A stretch of 64,000 bases of DNA, from assembly GCF_001194135.2 (NCBI RefSeq), contig NC_068994.1, positions 3,323,519 through 3,387,518 on the forward strand, read 5' to 3'. This document shows positions 61,786-64,000 of this stretch, piece by piece (position 1 is the stretch's first letter; each line of letters begins with the position of its first letter). The stretch is from Octopus bimaculoides (Eukaryota). A model generated the notes under the pieces. That model was not told where the DNA came from and ran no database searches. It was given only the letters and a program-made list of their open reading frames with translations. Both the position numbers and the translations under genes were made by a program.

Positions 61786-62479
61786 AGTGTGTATGTGTCC
61801 ATATATATATTTATACATACAACCATCATTGTTTTAATGTTCATTTTGCTTGTTGGTAAGGGTCAGATGGAATCTATTGAGACAGATTTTCTATGGCCAG
61901 GTGCTTTCCCTGTCACGTACCTTCACCTGTTTCCAAGCAAGGAAATATTTTCCCTTGGCCAGACATATTTTTCTAAAATACCGGAAATAAATAATACTGC
62001 TTGCATGGCAGTGGCACTCATTTACAACTATCAAGAAGACTCAAACATACACAAACTTACAAGCATGTATATATATATATATATATAAATGTATATAAAT
62101 ATATATAAATGTAAGATCCAGGGATCAAGGTGTAGGAAGAAAGTTAGCTTCAAGCAATCCATAGTGAATATAAAAAAAACAACTTTTAGGAACAATAGCG
62201 GTTTATTGAGATGGAAGGTTGCGGATTTTTTTTTTTTTGCTTATCAAAGAACGATGAGTTGAAAAAAAGTTTTTTTATATTCCGTGGTAGGTGACTGGGG
62301 TTGCTGAGTGTGCAAAAAAGAATACAAGAGTTATGGAATGGAGTTTGGAAAATCCAGGCTACATATGTTTCATAGCGAGGAGAACCTCAAAAGTGGTAAA
62401 ATCCAAGTGAGATGTATACCACCTGCTACTCTTTGTATATATATACATATATATATGTATATATATATACATATATATG

Positions 62480-62511
<32 letters not shown>

Positions 62512-63172
62512 TATATAATATATGTGTGTGTGTGTGTTTATATACCTATAAGTATATCTGTTTTCAACGATGTGTGAGTGCGTGCATTTTTAAAACCCAG
62601 AAGATTTTGCAAGTTCTGTTTGGTGAGTAAAGTACGATCCATGTGGATTGTGTTTTGGTGTTTTATCTCCTGTTTTAACTGAATATCAACGAATATTTGT
62701 AAACTTATTTCATAAACTGCTACAATTTTCAAAGCATGTGATATTAGTTTGTATCAAAGAGAGAGAGAGAGTGAGATATGAAGAGAAAATAAAAAATGCA
62801 GGAAATAATTTCATTCTGTTAGTTTTGTGTTTTGTTGTTATTCATGATTTTTCATTTATGTATATGTATTGCATAGTTGAATGTTTTTAGATGACACACA
62901 CACATTAATATATATATTCTTTTTGGGAATATCTTGAAGCACACACAAAGCTATTCAAATTATATTATGCATGTGTTTTGACATATTCCAAAAAAGAATT
63001 CAGTTTCTCTTGAATGTTTATAAAATTCTTGACATCAACAATATATATATATATATAAAGTAAATGTTAGAAGTAATAATTGATAATTGCAAGCACCTGT
63101 ATATGCCAGATCGTGGCCGGAGTGAAAGAATAAATTAAAAACGTAAAAATAAAAACAGAACACAAAGGATTG

Positions 63173-63265
63173 TGCGGTACACATGTTTCAAGCTTTATAG
63201 TCATTGCATCATTATATTGGTATATAATTGATAGACAGGATGGTATAAAGCTATCTTCAGCCGCA
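63173..63265 (-). ncRNA. Putative minimal type I hammerhead ribozyme (P4 left arm)
   Basis: Minus strand: UGCGG-CUGAAGA-U-AGCUUUAUA...UAUAAAGCU-U-GAAAC-AUGU-GUA-CCGCA; 5-bp stem I, 9-bp stem II. Confidence 0.7.
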
Positions 63266-63292
63266 AATATATACCTGGGAAAGAATATATTT

Positions 63293-63383
63293 GCGGCTGA
63301 AGATAGCTTTATACCATCCTGTCTATCAATTATATACCAATATAATGATGCAACGACTATAAAGCTTGAAACACGTGTATCGC
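63293..63383 (+). ncRNA. Putative minimal type I hammerhead ribozyme (P4 right arm)
   Basis: GCGG-CUGAAGA(63297-63303)-U-AGCUUUAUA...UAUAAAGCU-U-GAAAC(63368-63372)-ACGU-GUA(63377-63379)-UCGC; perfect palindrome ACACGUGU across stem III. Confidence 0.7.
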
Positions 63384-63853
63384 GGAATCCTTTGTGTTCT
63401 GTTTTTATTTTTAGGTTTTTAATTTATTTATATATATATATATATATAAATGAAAAAATACACGTTAAGAACAGGACATCACCAACAAGTGAAAAATAAG
63501 TAAACACACAACGAGATAAAATAGCAAAAGAAGCCTGATCCCTCCTCAGTTGTCGACTGTGGTGTTGGTGTATTCATGTCCCTGTAACTTAGCAGTTTGG
63601 CAAAAAGACCAATAGAGTAAGTACTAGGCTTACAAAAAATGTCCTGAGGTCGATTTGTTTGACTAAAAGGCGATGCTCCAACATGGCTGCACTCAAATGA
63701 CTGAAACAAATAAAAGAATAAATATATATATATATATATATAAATATATATAAATAAAAGAATAAATATATATATATATATATGTGTGTACATAGATCGT
63801 TGACCAGTGACTATTCATTTTTTTCTCCGTGTTTTTCTCCTTGTTTTCTCCAT

Positions 63854-63894
63854 AGTCTTTCTGTTGAAGAGCGTAGCTCGAAACGTTAAAGACT
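63854..63894 (+). ncRNA. Compact hammerhead-like motif with non-canonical core (CUGUUGA)
   Basis: AGUCUUU-CUGUUGA-A-GAGC-GUA-GCUC-GAAAC-GUU-AAAGACU: 7-bp stem I, 4-bp stem II, loopless palindromic AACGUU stem III; conserved A6 is replaced by U. Confidence 0.55.
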
Positions 63895-64000
63895 TTCCGT
63901 ATTCCCGAGCGTCATACTAATACATCCTTTTGTTGTTTACACCACCTGTCCTCGTCTGTTATTGTTTTTTTTCGTACATTCTCCCATATATATATATATA

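Larger units (their letters stand above)
63129..63428. repeat. Palindrome P4 (~144-bp arms, about 6 mismatches by eye, 12-nt loop) with an inverted hammerhead pair
   Basis: Arms 63129-63272 and 63285-63428; loop ACCTGGGAAAGA. Confidence 0.95.

Overview
AT-rich animal genomic DNA, dense in microsatellites and repeats, with three N gaps. An octopod cephalopod origin is inferred from the clustered single-coding-exon C2H2 genes, very long poly-Q/H/S/G tracts and the SINE/RTE tails; this is not proven. Four C2H2 zinc-finger genes are present: ZNF-A 8165-8776 (+, 6 fingers), ZNF-B 18009-20009 (-, 12 fingers plus 1 degenerate), ZNF-C 37974-41582 (+, 10 fingers, long interrupted poly-Q) and ZNF-D ~59102-60235 (+, 5 fingers). 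ZNF-B and ZNF-C are head-to-head. Between the genes lie an open but catalytically mutated DD34D mariner, Tigger and maT fossils, RTE LINE fragments, tRNA-like SINEs, TTAA and TA MITEs, and two local duplications. Main finding: four sequence-unrelated 180-315 bp palindromes (48014-48327, 50453-50635, 58635-58918, 63129-63428) each carry a pair of inverted minimal type I hammerhead-ribozyme motifs of the Penelope type, always with the same polarity (cores reading outward from the centre). A fifth, single motif lies at 63854-63894, and no Penelope ORF is seen in the window. Second lead: the base change that removes the mariner's first catalytic Asp also creates a consensus splice donor, defining a potential DNA-binding-domain exon that could splice in frame to ZNF-A. 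All alignments and folds were done by eye; ribozyme activity and splicing are untested hypotheses.
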